Source: Anaerolineae bacterium
GTDB taxonomy: Bacteria > Chloroflexota > Anaerolineae > Aggregatilineales > Phototrophicaceae
Direction: 5' to 3'
Length of the DNA: 64,000 nt
NCBI GenBank assembly: GCA_022825675.1
Contig: JAJDWK010000096.1
Location: 11,820-75,819 of the forward strand
In this document: positions 29,473 through 38,603 of the stretch, in pieces
How positions within the stretch are numbered: the first letter of the stretch is position 1
Layout of the letters: every line of letters starts with the position of its first letter
The notes under the pieces: generated by a model
What the model saw: only the letters and a program-made list of their open reading frames with translations
Told to the model about the DNA's origin: nothing
The model's database searches: none
Program-made: the position numbers and the translations under genes

Positions 29473-30645
29473 ATGTGCAAACGAAGCCTGAGCTTTGCCC
29501 TGATTCTTTGGCTCTGCGCCGCCTGGATGATGCCGCTGGGCGCATCGGCGCAGCTTTCTTGCGAAGAGCCGCCGCCACCCTTTGATAATACGCAGCTGCT
29601 GGAAAATTGGCAGCGGGTTTGGAACCTGACCGATGTCTGCCGCAGCGTTGACGGCGTTTTCAGCGAGATACTCTCGGGCGGCGTCGGGCGCGATGGCATC
29701 CCGCCGATCGATGCCCCCCAATTTGAAGACATCGCTGACGCTGATGCCTGGCTGCAGCCCGCTTCGCCCGTGATTGCGCTGGAAGTTGCCGGCGCTGCCC
29801 GCGCCTATCCACTGGCGATTTTGACGCGGCACGAAATCGTCAACGATGTTTTCGGCGATGTGCCAGTCGCGGTTACATTTTGCCCGCTTTGCAACAGCGC
29901 GGTTGTCTTCGACCGCCGCGTTGATGGCGAGCGGCTGCGCTTCGGCGTCAGCGGTTTGCTGCGCAACAGCGACCTCATCATGTGGGATGATGTAACCCAA
30001 TCGCTCTGGCAGCAGTTGACGGGCGAGGGCATTGTCGGCGCGTATACGGGGCACCTGCTGGATATTGTGCCATCGCAGCTGGTTGGCTACAGCGCCTTCA
30101 AAGAGCGCTATCCCGAGGGGCAGGTTCTCTCGCGGCAGGGGCGGCTCTATGGCAGCAATCCCTATGTCAACTATGACAGCAGCGAACAGCCCTTCCTCTT
30201 CCGCGGTACGCCGGATGCCCGCTTGCATGCGACCGAGCGCGTGCTTGGCGCGGTTGTCGCTGGCAGCAGCGTCGCCTACCCTTTCAGCCAATTGTCAGAA
30301 ATGGCGCTGATCCAAGACGAAATTGCCGCGCTGCCGGTTGTCGCGCTGTGGCAGCCGGGCGCTGTCAGCGCGCTGGACGCCGCCCTTATCGACAGCTCCC
30401 GCGATGTCGGCATGGCGGCGCTCTTCGACCGCACCGTAGCGGGCGAAGCGCTGGATTTTCAGCTAAGCGATGGGCGCATCACCGATGAACAGACTGGCAG
30501 CCAATGGGATATCTTTGGGCGCGCGACAGCGGGCGCGCTGGCGGGGACGCAGCTGCGCCTGCTCAACGCCTTCCCGCATTTTTGGTTCGCCTGGGCGGCA
30601 TTTTATCCGGATACGCTTGTCTATGGCATCGACAGCGGCGAGTGA
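29473..30645 (+). CDS. Secreted DUF3179 domain protein (paralogue 2)
   Basis: Signal peptide, VAVTFCPLCNSAVVFDRRVDG...FGVSGLLRNSDLIMWD...LWQQLTG. Collinear with paralogue 1 along its whole length. Confidence 0.8.
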   Translation: MCKRSLSFALILWLCAAWMMPLGASAQLSCEEPPPPFDNTQLLENWQRVWNLTDVCRSVDGVFSEILSGGVGRDGIPPIDAPQFEDIADADAWLQPASPVIALEVAGAARAYPLAILTRHEIVNDVFGDVPVAVTFCPLCNSAVVFDRRVDGERLRFGVSGLLRNSDLIMWDDVTQSLWQQLTGEGIVGAYTGHLLDIVPSQLVGYSAFKERYPEGQVLSRQGRLYGSNPYVNYDSSEQPFLFRGTPDARLHATERVLGAVVAGSSVAYPFSQLSEMALIQDEIAALPVVALWQPGAVSALDAALIDSSRDVGMAALFDRTVAGEALDFQLSDGRITDEQTGSQWDIFGRATAGALAGTQLRLLNAFPHFWFAWAAFYPDTLVYGIDSGE

Positions 30646-30651
30646 TTGCAG

Positions 30652-30963
30652 CTAGGCGCAGTCCACGAAATCACCGCGCGCGAAGAAGGCGCGCAGGCAC
30701 TGTTCGAGCAGCCCGGCAATTTTCTGATGCCCGGCGCTGCTCCAATGCCCATCGGGCGCGTAATCCCGCTGCGCATCAAGCGCCTCCCTGGGGTTGAGAT
30801 AGCTGAGATGCAGCGCTTCCAACAGGTGCAGCGCATTGCGGAAAAGCGCGCTGGGGCTGGCGCTCGGCAGCAGGTCCAGCCCGATGCCGATGAGGGCAAT
30901 CACAGCGCCGAGCACGGCAAGCAGGCGCAGCGCCGCATCCCGCGGCGGCAGCAATGGGCGCAT
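30652..30963 (-). pseudogene. Internally deleted paralogue of the SGNH hydrolase (N-terminal TM fused to C-terminal DxxH block)
   Basis: The 103-aa ORF LLAVLGAVIALIGIGLDLLPSASP... + ...YLNPREALDAQRDYAPDGHWSSAGHQKIAGLLEQCLRAFFARGDFVDCA matches only the two ends of 26744..28174 (FDLLPGSRPG...; YFNPIDALGLQRDYAGGEDVHWNSAGHQLVGRLLHACIELFYSHGDFARCE). Confidence 0.5.
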
Positions 30964-31005
30964 TAGCGCTGCTGGCGGCTGCCTGCCTTAAAACAGGGCG
31001 CGCGG

Positions 31006-31794
31006 CTAAAGAATTTGATCGAGAAATTCTTGCGTGCGCGGGTGATGCACAATTTCGGGGCTGAAGAAATTCTCTGGCGGTCCCTCTTCGACGATATAGC
31101 CCATATCCATGAAGATGATGCGGTCGGCGACTTCGCGGGCGAAGCCCATCTCATGCGTTACCACCAGCATGGTCATGCCAGTTACCGCCAGTTCTTTCAT
31201 CACATCCAACACTTCTTTGATCATCTCGGGGTCGAGCGCGGAGGTGGGCTCGTCAAAGAGCATAATCTTGGGTTCCATCGCCAGCGCGCGGGCGATGGCG
31301 ACGCGCTGCTGCTGCCCGCCCGAAAGCTGCCCGGGGTACTTAAACGCCTGCTCGGGGATTTCGACGCGCTCCAGCAATTCCATCGCCCGCTGCTCCGCCC
31401 GTTCGCGCGCCCAGTGGCGCACTTTCATGGGCGCCAGCGTGATATTGTCCATCACTGTCAGATGCGGGAAGAGGTTAAATTGCTGGAAGACCATGCCCGT
31501 CTCGCGGCGGATTTCGGCGATATTTTGCACATCGTGGCTGAGCTCGATGCCATTGACGATAATGGTGCCATCTTGATGCTCTTCCAGGCGGTTGATGCAG
31601 CGGATTAAGGTGGATTTGCCGGAGCCGGAAGGACCGATAATCACCAGCACTTCCCGCGGCATCACCTCCAGCGAGATATTGCGCAGCACATGAAAGTCGC
31701 CGAACCATTTGTTCATTTCGCGACAGATGATAATGGGCTCGTCCCCGGGCATCATTTGATTGCCTTGGTCTTGCATGCGCCCCTCCTTAGACAT
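31006..31794 (-). CDS. aapP: Polar amino-acid ABC transporter ATP-binding protein
   Basis: [15 protein letters not shown] Walker [16 protein letters not shown] signature, [11 protein letters not shown] Walker B. Confidence 0.9.
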   Translation of the reverse strand: MSKEGRMQDQGNQMMPGDEPIIICREMNKWFGDFHVLRNISLEVMPREVLVIIGPSGSGKSTLIRCINRLEEHQDGTIIVNGIELSHDVQNIAEIRRETGMVFQQFNLFPHLTVMDNITLAPMKVRHWARERAEQRAMELLERVEIPEQAFKYPGQLSGGQQQRVAIARALAMEPKIMLFDEPTSALDPEMIKEVLDVMKELAVTGMTMLVVTHEMGFAREVADRIIFMDMGYIVEEGPPENFFSPEIVHHPRTQEFLDQIL

Positions 31795-31805
31795 GAGAAA
31801 TGCGG

Positions 31806-34800
31806 CTAGAGCTGCTGCGCCCGCGTCGCGCCGGAGCCGGTCGCCTCTATGCGCCGGCTGATGTAAGACATGATATAGCTAAATACAAAAAACAGGATAG
31901 CGGCATAGAGGAAGGTCTCCTGCCGCCGCTGCAGGAATTCTGGCTGCGCGACCACGCGCACGGCGATGCCCATAATCTCCGCCAAGCCAACGATGAAGAC
32001 CAGCGAGGTATCTTTGAAGAGGGAAATAAATTGCCCGACCAGCGCCGGGATGACCGCCCGCAGCGCTTGCGGCAGCAGAATGTGAAGGGTGGTCTGCCAG
32101 CCGGATAAGCCAATTGCCTGCGCCGCTTCGACTTGGCCGCGGTCTATCGATTGCAAGCCGCCGCGCACATTTTCCGCCAGATAAGCGGCGCTGAACATGG
32201 TGATGCCCACCCAGGCGCGCACCGCCTGTTCAATGGTCGCCAAAGTTGGGTCGACCAAAGGCACCACCAGGGTCGCCAGGAAGAGCAGCGTAATCAAGGG
32301 TACGCCGCGCACGACCTCGATATAGAGGATGCAGGCGTATTTGACCGCCGGCAGATTGCTGCGCCTGCCCAGCGCCAGCGCCAAGCCAATCGGGAAAGAT
32401 GCGCCGATGCCGAGGATTGTCAGCTGCATGGTCAGCATCAAGCCGCCCCAGAGCCGCTTGTCCGAAAGCGGGAGCAGGTCTCCTGGCGGGACTTGTAAGA
32501 CGCCTTGCCCATCCAGCAGCAGCACAAAAGCGGGCACGAGCAGCAGCGCCGCCACCCAGGCGGCAGCAACCGCCGCCATACGCTTGGACTGCGGGTCGAT
32601 GCCATTAAGGTCCCGCGGCTTGATTGCGTCCGCCTGCCCGCTTTCACCGCGCTTGAATGCGGCCGCGCCCGCCGCCAGCCATAGCAGAAAATAGATGCTG
32701 GACCAGCGGTCAAGCCCCGTGAACATGCCCAGCCAAAGCAATGTCAGCAACAGCAAGCCGACAATGATGCTGTTGGAAGCCCACATGGACGCGCCCGAGA
32801 AGAACATCCATCCCAGCCATAGTAGCAGCGCGGCAGCCGCCAGCAGCGGCGCATTGGCATCGCCGCCCGCCGCCACAATGTTGATATTGGCAAAAGCCAA
32901 AACAAAGGCGCTGCAGCATATCAGATAGCCGAAGCGCTTTGCCGACAGCGACAGCCGGCTGGCGGCGGCGCGCCCCTGCAAGCCAGCAACAATGCCGATG
33001 CCCGCCAGCAGCAGCCAGGCAAAGCCATACGCGGCTTGGCCGCTATGCCAGCCATCCCAAACAAAATTGATAATTGAGGCTTGCATTATCTGCAGGAAGA
33101 AGCCGCCCAGCAGCAGCGCGTAGCCCCAGGTGCCGCGATAGTGCAAGCCGATGAAATACATCAGCAGCAGCCAGAGTATGCCGCCCACGATGCTGCCCAG
33201 CGCCGCCCCCGAAAGCCCGCCCACGCCCGATGCCAGCAGGAACATCACCAGGGGGAAGCTGCCCCAGCCATAGACCATAATGCGGTTGAGCGCGCCTTCG
33301 GCATCTTCGCCCGCGTTGCGGCGTTTGAGCCAACTTTCAAGCCGCCGCGCCAGCCAGACAAGCACGAAGGCAATCGCGATCCTGAGGGCGACCACGACAG
33401 CGCCGCCACTGGCGAAGGTATCGGCGAGAAAAACGAAGTAGGCAATCACAATCAGCAGGGGTGAAAGCGCCGCTGATGCCACCAGCGCCCGCGCCTGGCG
33501 GCTGCTGAAGACAGTCTGCTCGCCCAGCAGATGCGCCAGCGCCCGCCCCAGCGCAAAACCCCAAACCGCCGTCAGGAACAGGGGCAGAAACAGCGCTTCC
33601 AGCTGCCGAAAGAATGGCGGGATGAAATGCACCAGATAGGTCTGCAAGCTGCGGAAGCCGCGGAATTGATTGTCGATGAGCACGACGAATGGCGCTTCTT
33701 TGCCGTTTATCAGCGGGCGGGAGGCGGTCACAACCAGGTCATTGTCGGTCAAGCGCACATAGCGGGATTCAGTCGCGCTGAGCGTGCGCTGGACGATGGG
33801 GTAGATGCCTGTCGCCGCCAGGATGGCGCTGCCTTCTTCGCCTTCGATGGCATTCTTGGAGAGCAGATACCAGCCATCTTGCGGGATATCAAAAGTGAGC
33901 GCATCCCCCGCCGCGCTCAAAACGCCTTCAGCCAGCGCGTCCAGTGTCTGCGCGTCGCGGATGGCGACTCGCATCGGCGTCGCGCCCAGTTCATAAACCG
34001 CCAGCACCGATTGCGGCTTCAGCAGGCGCACAAAGAGGTCGCGCAAGAAAGTGGCTTCCCGCGGGCTGGGGTTGATAAGCTCTTCGTCATCATCGGCTTG
34101 ATCGGGCTCGCCAATCAAATCTTCCGTCAGCTGCTGCACCAGCGTTTCGCCCAGGTCTTCCAACTGCTCGCTGGCGAGGGTGATGGCGGAGAGAGCGTCG
34201 ATATCAACGCTGATGCCCGCTGGCAGCGCGTCCGCCAGCGACAGTTCTATGACGGCGGCTTCCAGCGTTTCCAGCGCCGCCAGGATGGGCGCTGCCGGCG
34301 GGTCCAATGCCTGCGCCGCCCGCTCCAGCCGCCCCAGCCAATAGCGCAGGTCGGCGACAGTCGCATCCGGCGCGGTCAGGCGGGACTTGATATCGGCGAC
34401 AGTCTCCGCAGTGGCGGCGAGCATATTGTTGGTGCGCATGAAAGTGCGGATGGACAGGCGCGTCCGCTCTTCCAGGTTCTCGGTCAACTCGCCACTGAGC
34501 ATGCTGTCGAAGGTATCGCCAGTTTTGATTTGCTGCTCCAGCCGGTTGCGCGCCGCGTTTGCCAGGGCGTTAGTAGCCCGGTCAGAAAAGCCTGCCAGCT
34601 CGCTTAAGGTATTCAAATCGGCAACTTCGTCCAGCGCCAGGCGGACAGAGACAGTCTCGCCCTCTTGGGCGATGAATGCCAGATTCTCCTGGGGTTTGAG
34701 GGTGCTGGCGCGGTCGATGATATGCACATTGCCGGCGGTGAAATAGGAAGGCGGATGCGGGATGAGCGCTTCTATCAGCGGCGGCAATACCGCGAGCAGG

Positions 34801-35192
34801 GCAAGCGTCCCCAGCGAGAACAGCGCCAAAGCGCGCGCAATGCCCCGCCCCCAAGCCGCCAGGCTGAGGCCCGTCAGCAGCGCCGCCAGCAATGTTGTGA
34901 GCGCGAGCCGCCATTCAAAAATCGGCTCGAAGGATTCCATCATGAACAGGCGCTGGTTGTTGATGATGGCATACCAATTGGCGGAGCGCACCGCCCACAG
35001 TACAAAGCCGATGAGCATCGCCAAAATCAGCAAGCCGGAAACCGCCGATACCACAATATCAACTGGCGAGCCGAAAAGGTTCTGACGCATCCAGCCCGCC
35101 AAACCAACTTCCAGCGTGGGCGGCGGCAGCGCCGTCTCATCGTGCTCGTGGATGACGGTTATGCCGGCATCACTGCGGATTTGCTGCGACAT
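31806..35192 (-). CDS. aapM: AapM-like amino-acid ABC permease with a roughly 760-aa insertion (1128 aa)
   Basis: The N-terminal ~150 aa ([28 protein letters not shown]...SANW) and C-terminal ~216 aa (HisM/GlnP-type core ...[15 protein letters not shown]...[12 protein letters not shown]...) are AapM-like. Between them lie a ~380-aa non-hydrophobic segment and many extra TM helices. Confidence 0.8.
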   Translation of the reverse strand: MSQQIRSDAGITVIHEHDETALPPPTLEVGLAGWMRQNLFGSPVDIVVSAVSGLLILAMLIGFVLWAVRSANWYAIINNQRLFMMESFEPIFEWRLALTTLLAALLTGLSLAAWGRGIARALALFSLGTLALLAVLPPLIEALIPHPPSYFTAGNVHIIDRASTLKPQENLAFIAQEGETVSVRLALDEVADLNTLSELAGFSDRATNALANAARNRLEQQIKTGDTFDSMLSGELTENLEERTRLSIRTFMRTNNMLAATAETVADIKSRLTAPDATVADLRYWLGRLERAAQALDPPAAPILAALETLEAAVIELSLADALPAGISVDIDALSAITLASEQLEDLGETLVQQLTEDLIGEPDQADDDEELINPSPREATFLRDLFVRLLKPQSVLAVYELGATPMRVAIRDAQTLDALAEGVLSAAGDALTFDIPQDGWYLLSKNAIEGEEGSAILAATGIYPIVQRTLSATESRYVRLTDNDLVVTASRPLINGKEAPFVVLIDNQFRGFRSLQTYLVHFIPPFFRQLEALFLPLFLTAVWGFALGRALAHLLGEQTVFSSRQARALVASAALSPLLIVIAYFVFLADTFASGGAVVVALRIAIAFVLVWLARRLESWLKRRNAGEDAEGALNRIMVYGWGSFPLVMFLLASGVGGLSGAALGSIVGGILWLLLMYFIGLHYRGTWGYALLLGGFFLQIMQASIINFVWDGWHSGQAAYGFAWLLLAGIGIVAGLQGRAAASRLSLSAKRFGYLICCSAFVLAFANINIVAAGGDANAPLLAAAALLLWLGWMFFSGASMWASNSIIVGLLLLTLLWLGMFTGLDRWSSIYFLLWLAAGAAAFKRGESGQADAIKPRDLNGIDPQSKRMAAVAAAWVAALLLVPAFVLLLDGQGVLQVPPGDLLPLSDKRLWGGLMLTMQLTILGIGASFPIGLALALGRRSNLPAVKYACILYIEVVRGVPLITLLFLATLVVPLVDPTLATIEQAVRAWVGITMFSAAYLAENVRGGLQSIDRGQVEAAQAIGLSGWQTTLHILLPQALRAVIPALVGQFISLFKDTSLVFIVGLAEIMGIAVRVVAQPEFLQRRQETFLYAAILFFVFSYIMSYISRRIEATGSGATRAQQL

Positions 35193-35199
35193 CGGGCAA

Positions 35200-36723
35200 T
35201 TACCTCGTCACCAATTGGAAGCGCTGATTGACAAGGTTCATAATCAAGGCAATACACAGGCTGATTAACAGATAAGACAGCAGAACCATCACGATGCCGG
35301 TGACCGACTGTCCCGACTGATTGATGATGGTATAGGTAACCTGATAGATATCGGTGTAGGAGACGGCGATCGCCAGGCTTGAGTTTTTTGACAAATTGAG
35401 GAATTGGTTGCCCAGCGGCGGGATGATGACGCGCAGCGCCTGCGGCAGGATTATCAGCCGCAGGGTATCGCTTTGCGACAAGCCCACGGCACGCGCCGCT
35501 TCCAACTGCCCTTTGGGCACCGCCTGGATGCCGGCGCGCACAATCTCGGCGATGAAGGCTGAGGTGTAAATCACCAAGCCCAAAAATACGGCGAGATACG
35601 GCGGGGAAATCTCGATGCCGGTCTCGACATTGCGCCCGCGCCGGTCGAGGCTGGGCGGGCGGAAAAGCAGCGGCTGACGAGTATGCGTCAATTCCTGCTC
35701 GATGGTCAGCATGCCGGAGGCGAAGGCCTCATCGTATTCCATTTCGACAATGCTGTCGCGTCCGTCATCATAAACGGGGATTTCTGGCGGTGTCGGGCGC
35801 ATGCCGACAATCAGCCAGCCGAAGAGCGTAAAGCCGATGACGGTCATGGCGGCGTAGCGACTGCGCGGGGCGGGCTTGCCGGTGGCTTCGGTGATGTAAC
35901 CGTAATAGCGCCAAAGCGCCAGCGCCACAATCACACCCAGCACCACAAAAAGCGCCCAAACGCCAAAGTGCGCCGAGGGTATCAGCTCAAAGATTGCCAC
36001 GCCTTTGATGCTGATGTAGATGCCGGGGCGGAACTCAATCGGCGTGCCGCTGCCGACAACTACAATGCCCAGCAGATTCACCAGCAGCAGCAGCGCGATG
36101 CCAAGCTGGCGCAAGCGCGAGCGCCATAGCTGGCTGCGCAAATTGCCGGTGAGCTGCCAAAGCAGCACTATGAGGAACAAAGACAGCGCGTATTGCAGCA
36201 GCGGCAGGCTGCGGATGCCTTCTTGCGGGAAGGCGATCGCCTCTTGCTGCTGCGGCAGCGAGAAGATGGCGATGAAATACCAGGCGATGATTTGCAGCAG
36301 CACTGGCGTATTGCGCAATATCTCAACATATATGCGCGAAAGCGTGCGCAGCAGGAAATTGCGATTCAGCAGGAAAATGCCGACCAGGATGCCGAGCACC
36401 GTGCTGGCGAGCAAGCCTATCAGCACCACGCGCAGCGTATTCACAAAGCCGACGCGGAACGCGTCGATATAACGGTCGTTGGAAGAATAGCTGCCGGAAT
36501 CCGCCAGGTCGAAGCCGGCGCGGTTCTGCAGAAATTCAAAATTCGGCGATTGATTGGTGGATTCCAGCGCGCTGTTGATGCGAGTGCCGAGGTCGTTCAT
36601 CACGACGGCGACAATCAATACAAAAAGGATTTGCGCGATGCCTTGCAAGATGCGCCCATCGCGGAGGATGGCGGGGAAGAAAATATCTTGTTTGCTATTT
36701 TCGCTGCGCATGGCGCGCCCCAT
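35200..36723 (-). CDS. aapQ: AapQ-like amino-acid ABC permease (extended, 507 aa)
   Basis: ...FLQNRAGFDL...YVEILRNTPVLLQII... and the C-terminal core ...IAEIVRAGIQAVPKGQLEAARAVGLS...PPLGNQFLNLSKNSSLA. Confidence 0.85.
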   Translation of the reverse strand: MGRAMRSENSKQDIFFPAILRDGRILQGIAQILFVLIVAVVMNDLGTRINSALESTNQSPNFEFLQNRAGFDLADSGSYSSNDRYIDAFRVGFVNTLRVVLIGLLASTVLGILVGIFLLNRNFLLRTLSRIYVEILRNTPVLLQIIAWYFIAIFSLPQQQEAIAFPQEGIRSLPLLQYALSLFLIVLLWQLTGNLRSQLWRSRLRQLGIALLLLVNLLGIVVVGSGTPIEFRPGIYISIKGVAIFELIPSAHFGVWALFVVLGVIVALALWRYYGYITEATGKPAPRSRYAAMTVIGFTLFGWLIVGMRPTPPEIPVYDDGRDSIVEMEYDEAFASGMLTIEQELTHTRQPLLFRPPSLDRRGRNVETGIEISPPYLAVFLGLVIYTSAFIAEIVRAGIQAVPKGQLEAARAVGLSQSDTLRLIILPQALRVIIPPLGNQFLNLSKNSSLAIAVSYTDIYQVTYTIINQSGQSVTGIVMVLLSYLLISLCIALIMNLVNQRFQLVTR

Positions 36724-36819
36724 TAGCGACCGCCGCCCTAAGGTCTCGTCAGCGGCTAGCGGAAATTCTTAAGTAGATTGTATTCAAGAGTCGACAGCAT
36801 GGCAAATTTTTTGGCGGGC

Positions 36820-36862
36820 AAAGCAAAACGGGGCTTGCCACCCGCCTGGATGACAAGCCCCG
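36820..36862 (-). terminator. Hairpin after the binding-protein gene (GGGGCTTG-N16-CAAGCCCC, then GTTTTGCTTTG)
   Basis: 8-bp GC-rich stem 33 nt downstream of the aapJ stop, followed by a T-rich run on the minus strand. Possible intra-operon attenuator. Confidence 0.4.
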
Positions 36863-36894
36863 CTCGCATTTCTGATAGGTGAAGCGGCTCCGAT

Positions 36895-37932
36895 TTAGCG
36901 GAAGGGAGCGGCGTAGAGCAAGCCGCCGCGGGTCCACAAATCGTTCAAACCGCGTTCCAGCCCGAAAATGGTATCGGGACCGAGGTGGCGATCATAAATC
37001 TCGCCATAATTGCCCAGCTGCGAAATCACATCGACCATGAACTCGTCATTGATGCCGAGGTATTCGCCAGCGACATTGTCGCCCAAGCCCAGCAGACGGC
37101 CGATGCCAGCATCTTCACTTTCCATGTGATCGCCGATGTTCATGCTGTCGATGCCAAATTCTTCTGCTTGTACCAGACCCCACACCGTCCAGCGGATGAT
37201 ATCGGCGAAGCGGGCGTCGCTCTGCGGGCTGACGGGACCGAGAGGCTCTTTGCTGATGGCGCCGGGCAGGATGGTATGCGCGGCGGGATCAGCCGAAGTG
37301 GCTTTGCGCGAAACCAGGCTGCTGATATCGCTGGTGAAGGCGTCACAAGCGCCAGCTTCGTAGGCGTCCATGATGGCGTCAAAATCGGGGAAGGTGCTCA
37401 ATTCCCAATCAGCGCCCAGCTCGTTCGCCTTGTCGGTGATATTCAGCTCGGTGGTGGTGCCGGCGGTGGCGCACATCACGATGCTTTCTTCGCCGAGCTC
37501 CGCAATGGTGCTGACGCCGAAATCAACCTTGACCATGATGCCCTGGCCGTCATAGAAAGTTGTGGGACCAAAGGTGGCGCCCCATTCGGTATCGCGGCTC
37601 ATCGTCCAGGTGGTGTTGCGGCTGAGCATGTCAATCTCGCCACTGGCGAGCGCGGTCGGGCGTTCCGCCGCTGTCAGCGGGCGGAAGGCGATAGCGCCGG
37701 CATCGCCGAGGATAGCGGCGGCGACAGCGCGGCAAATGTCCGTATCAAAGCCGACAAATTCGCCGGCGTCATTCTGGGTGCCGAAGCCCGGCAGAACCGA
37801 GTTCACGCCGCAGATAAGCTCCCCGCGTTCCATGATACGGTCGACAATGTGGCCATCTTGCGCCGAGGCGAAGCCCACGCCAAGCGCGAGCGCGACAAGC
37901 ACTACAATCGATAACAAGCGTAAACGATACAT
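36895..37932 (-). CDS. aapJ: General L-amino-acid ABC transporter substrate-binding protein
   Basis: Signal peptide; ...ELICGVNSVLPGFG...GFDTDICRAVAAAILGD...SGEIDMLSRNTTWTMSRD...FYDGQGIMV. The J-Q-M-P gene order matches Aap/Bzt systems. Confidence 0.9.
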   Translation of the reverse strand: MYRLRLLSIVVLVALALGVGFASAQDGHIVDRIMERGELICGVNSVLPGFGTQNDAGEFVGFDTDICRAVAAAILGDAGAIAFRPLTAAERPTALASGEIDMLSRNTTWTMSRDTEWGATFGPTTFYDGQGIMVKVDFGVSTIAELGEESIVMCATAGTTTELNITDKANELGADWELSTFPDFDAIMDAYEAGACDAFTSDISSLVSRKATSADPAAHTILPGAISKEPLGPVSPQSDARFADIIRWTVWGLVQAEEFGIDSMNIGDHMESEDAGIGRLLGLGDNVAGEYLGINDEFMVDVISQLGNYGEIYDRHLGPDTIFGLERGLNDLWTRGGLLYAAPFR

Positions 37933-38225
37933 CTTCCCCCTCCTCCTTCATTAGACATGGTACATTTGGCTTGCCAATCCTGCGGGACTTTACGCGCTCC
38001 CGCGGGAATGGCTGCATAACTTTAGTAAATACCAAATTGTAAAATCTGTCAAGATACAGCGCGGTCGGGGAGCAGGGCAATCGTACAGGATAATGCGCCA
38101 CAAGGGCGCAGAGTTTTGCCTTTGTGCGTTGCATGCCGGCAACGCAAACCGCCCGGCACAGTTGCCTGCCCCGGGCGGATATGTTCTTGATGGGCGCGCC
38201 AGCCGCGGCGCGCATGCGGATGCTG

Positions 38226-38519
38226 TTAGCTGCCGGCTACAGCCATTTCAGCCGGGCGGATTGCCGCCAGCGCTTGCAAGATGCCCGCGCGCACTTCGCC
38301 CGGCTCGGCATGGCGTCCCACTTCTTTCTTGGAGAATATCAGGTCGCCATTGACCCAGACATCAAAGACGCCGCCGCCGCCAGGAACCAGCTTCCAGCTG
38401 TTGATGTAATACTCAATGTCGCGTTCGTTCAAAATTTCGTCCGTCAAACTGACGGCATTGGGTTGGTGCCCTCAAGCCGCGCAATACTTGACGACAATGT
38501 CCATTCCACCTTCTTGCAT
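38226..38519 (-). CDS. selW: SelW/Rdx-family selenoprotein; in-frame UGA (Sec) at 38474..38472
   Basis: ATG at 38519 with SD GGAGGAG 7 nt upstream: MQEGGMDIVVKYCAA-U-GHQPNAVSLTDEILNER...LVPGGGGVFDVWVNGDLIFSKKEVGRHAEPGEV. The CxxU motif and core align with SelW (VVYCGAUGY ... GFFEVMVAGKLIHSKK). Confidence 0.8.
38441..38455 (-). promoter_or_regulatory. Candidate bacterial SECIS hairpin (CCGUCA-GUU-UGACGG)
   Basis: Perfect 6-bp stem starting 16 nt 3' of the in-frame UGA, with G/U in the apical loop. Confidence 0.5.
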
Positions 38520-38561
38520 GAGAAATCTCCTCCGCTGCCACTTTATTTTGCCGATGCGCAT

Positions 38562-38590
38562 AGCATAACGCAAAGACAAGAGATATGCAA
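38562..38590 (-). promoter_or_regulatory. Sigma70-like promoter for the selenoprotein gene (TTGCAT - 17 nt - TATGCT)
   Basis: Hexamers in the 84-nt spacer between the leuS stop and the selW-like start. Confidence 0.3.
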
Positions 38591-38603
38591 ACTTCAAGCC
38601 GGC

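Noticed and set aside
26744-30963. Simple tandem or inverted segmental duplication of an SGNH-DUF3179 unit
   Set aside because: The gene orientations (SGNH minus, DUF3179 plus, DUF3179 plus, SGNH remnant minus) fit neither a direct nor an inverted duplication of a two-gene unit. The paralogues are too diverged to reconstruct the event by eye, so they are reported only as separate observations.
37769-38215. 148-aa minus-strand ORF between aapJ and the selW-like gene
   Set aside because: It overlaps the 5' end of aapJ on the same strand in another frame. It has Arg/Cys-rich composition and no SD.
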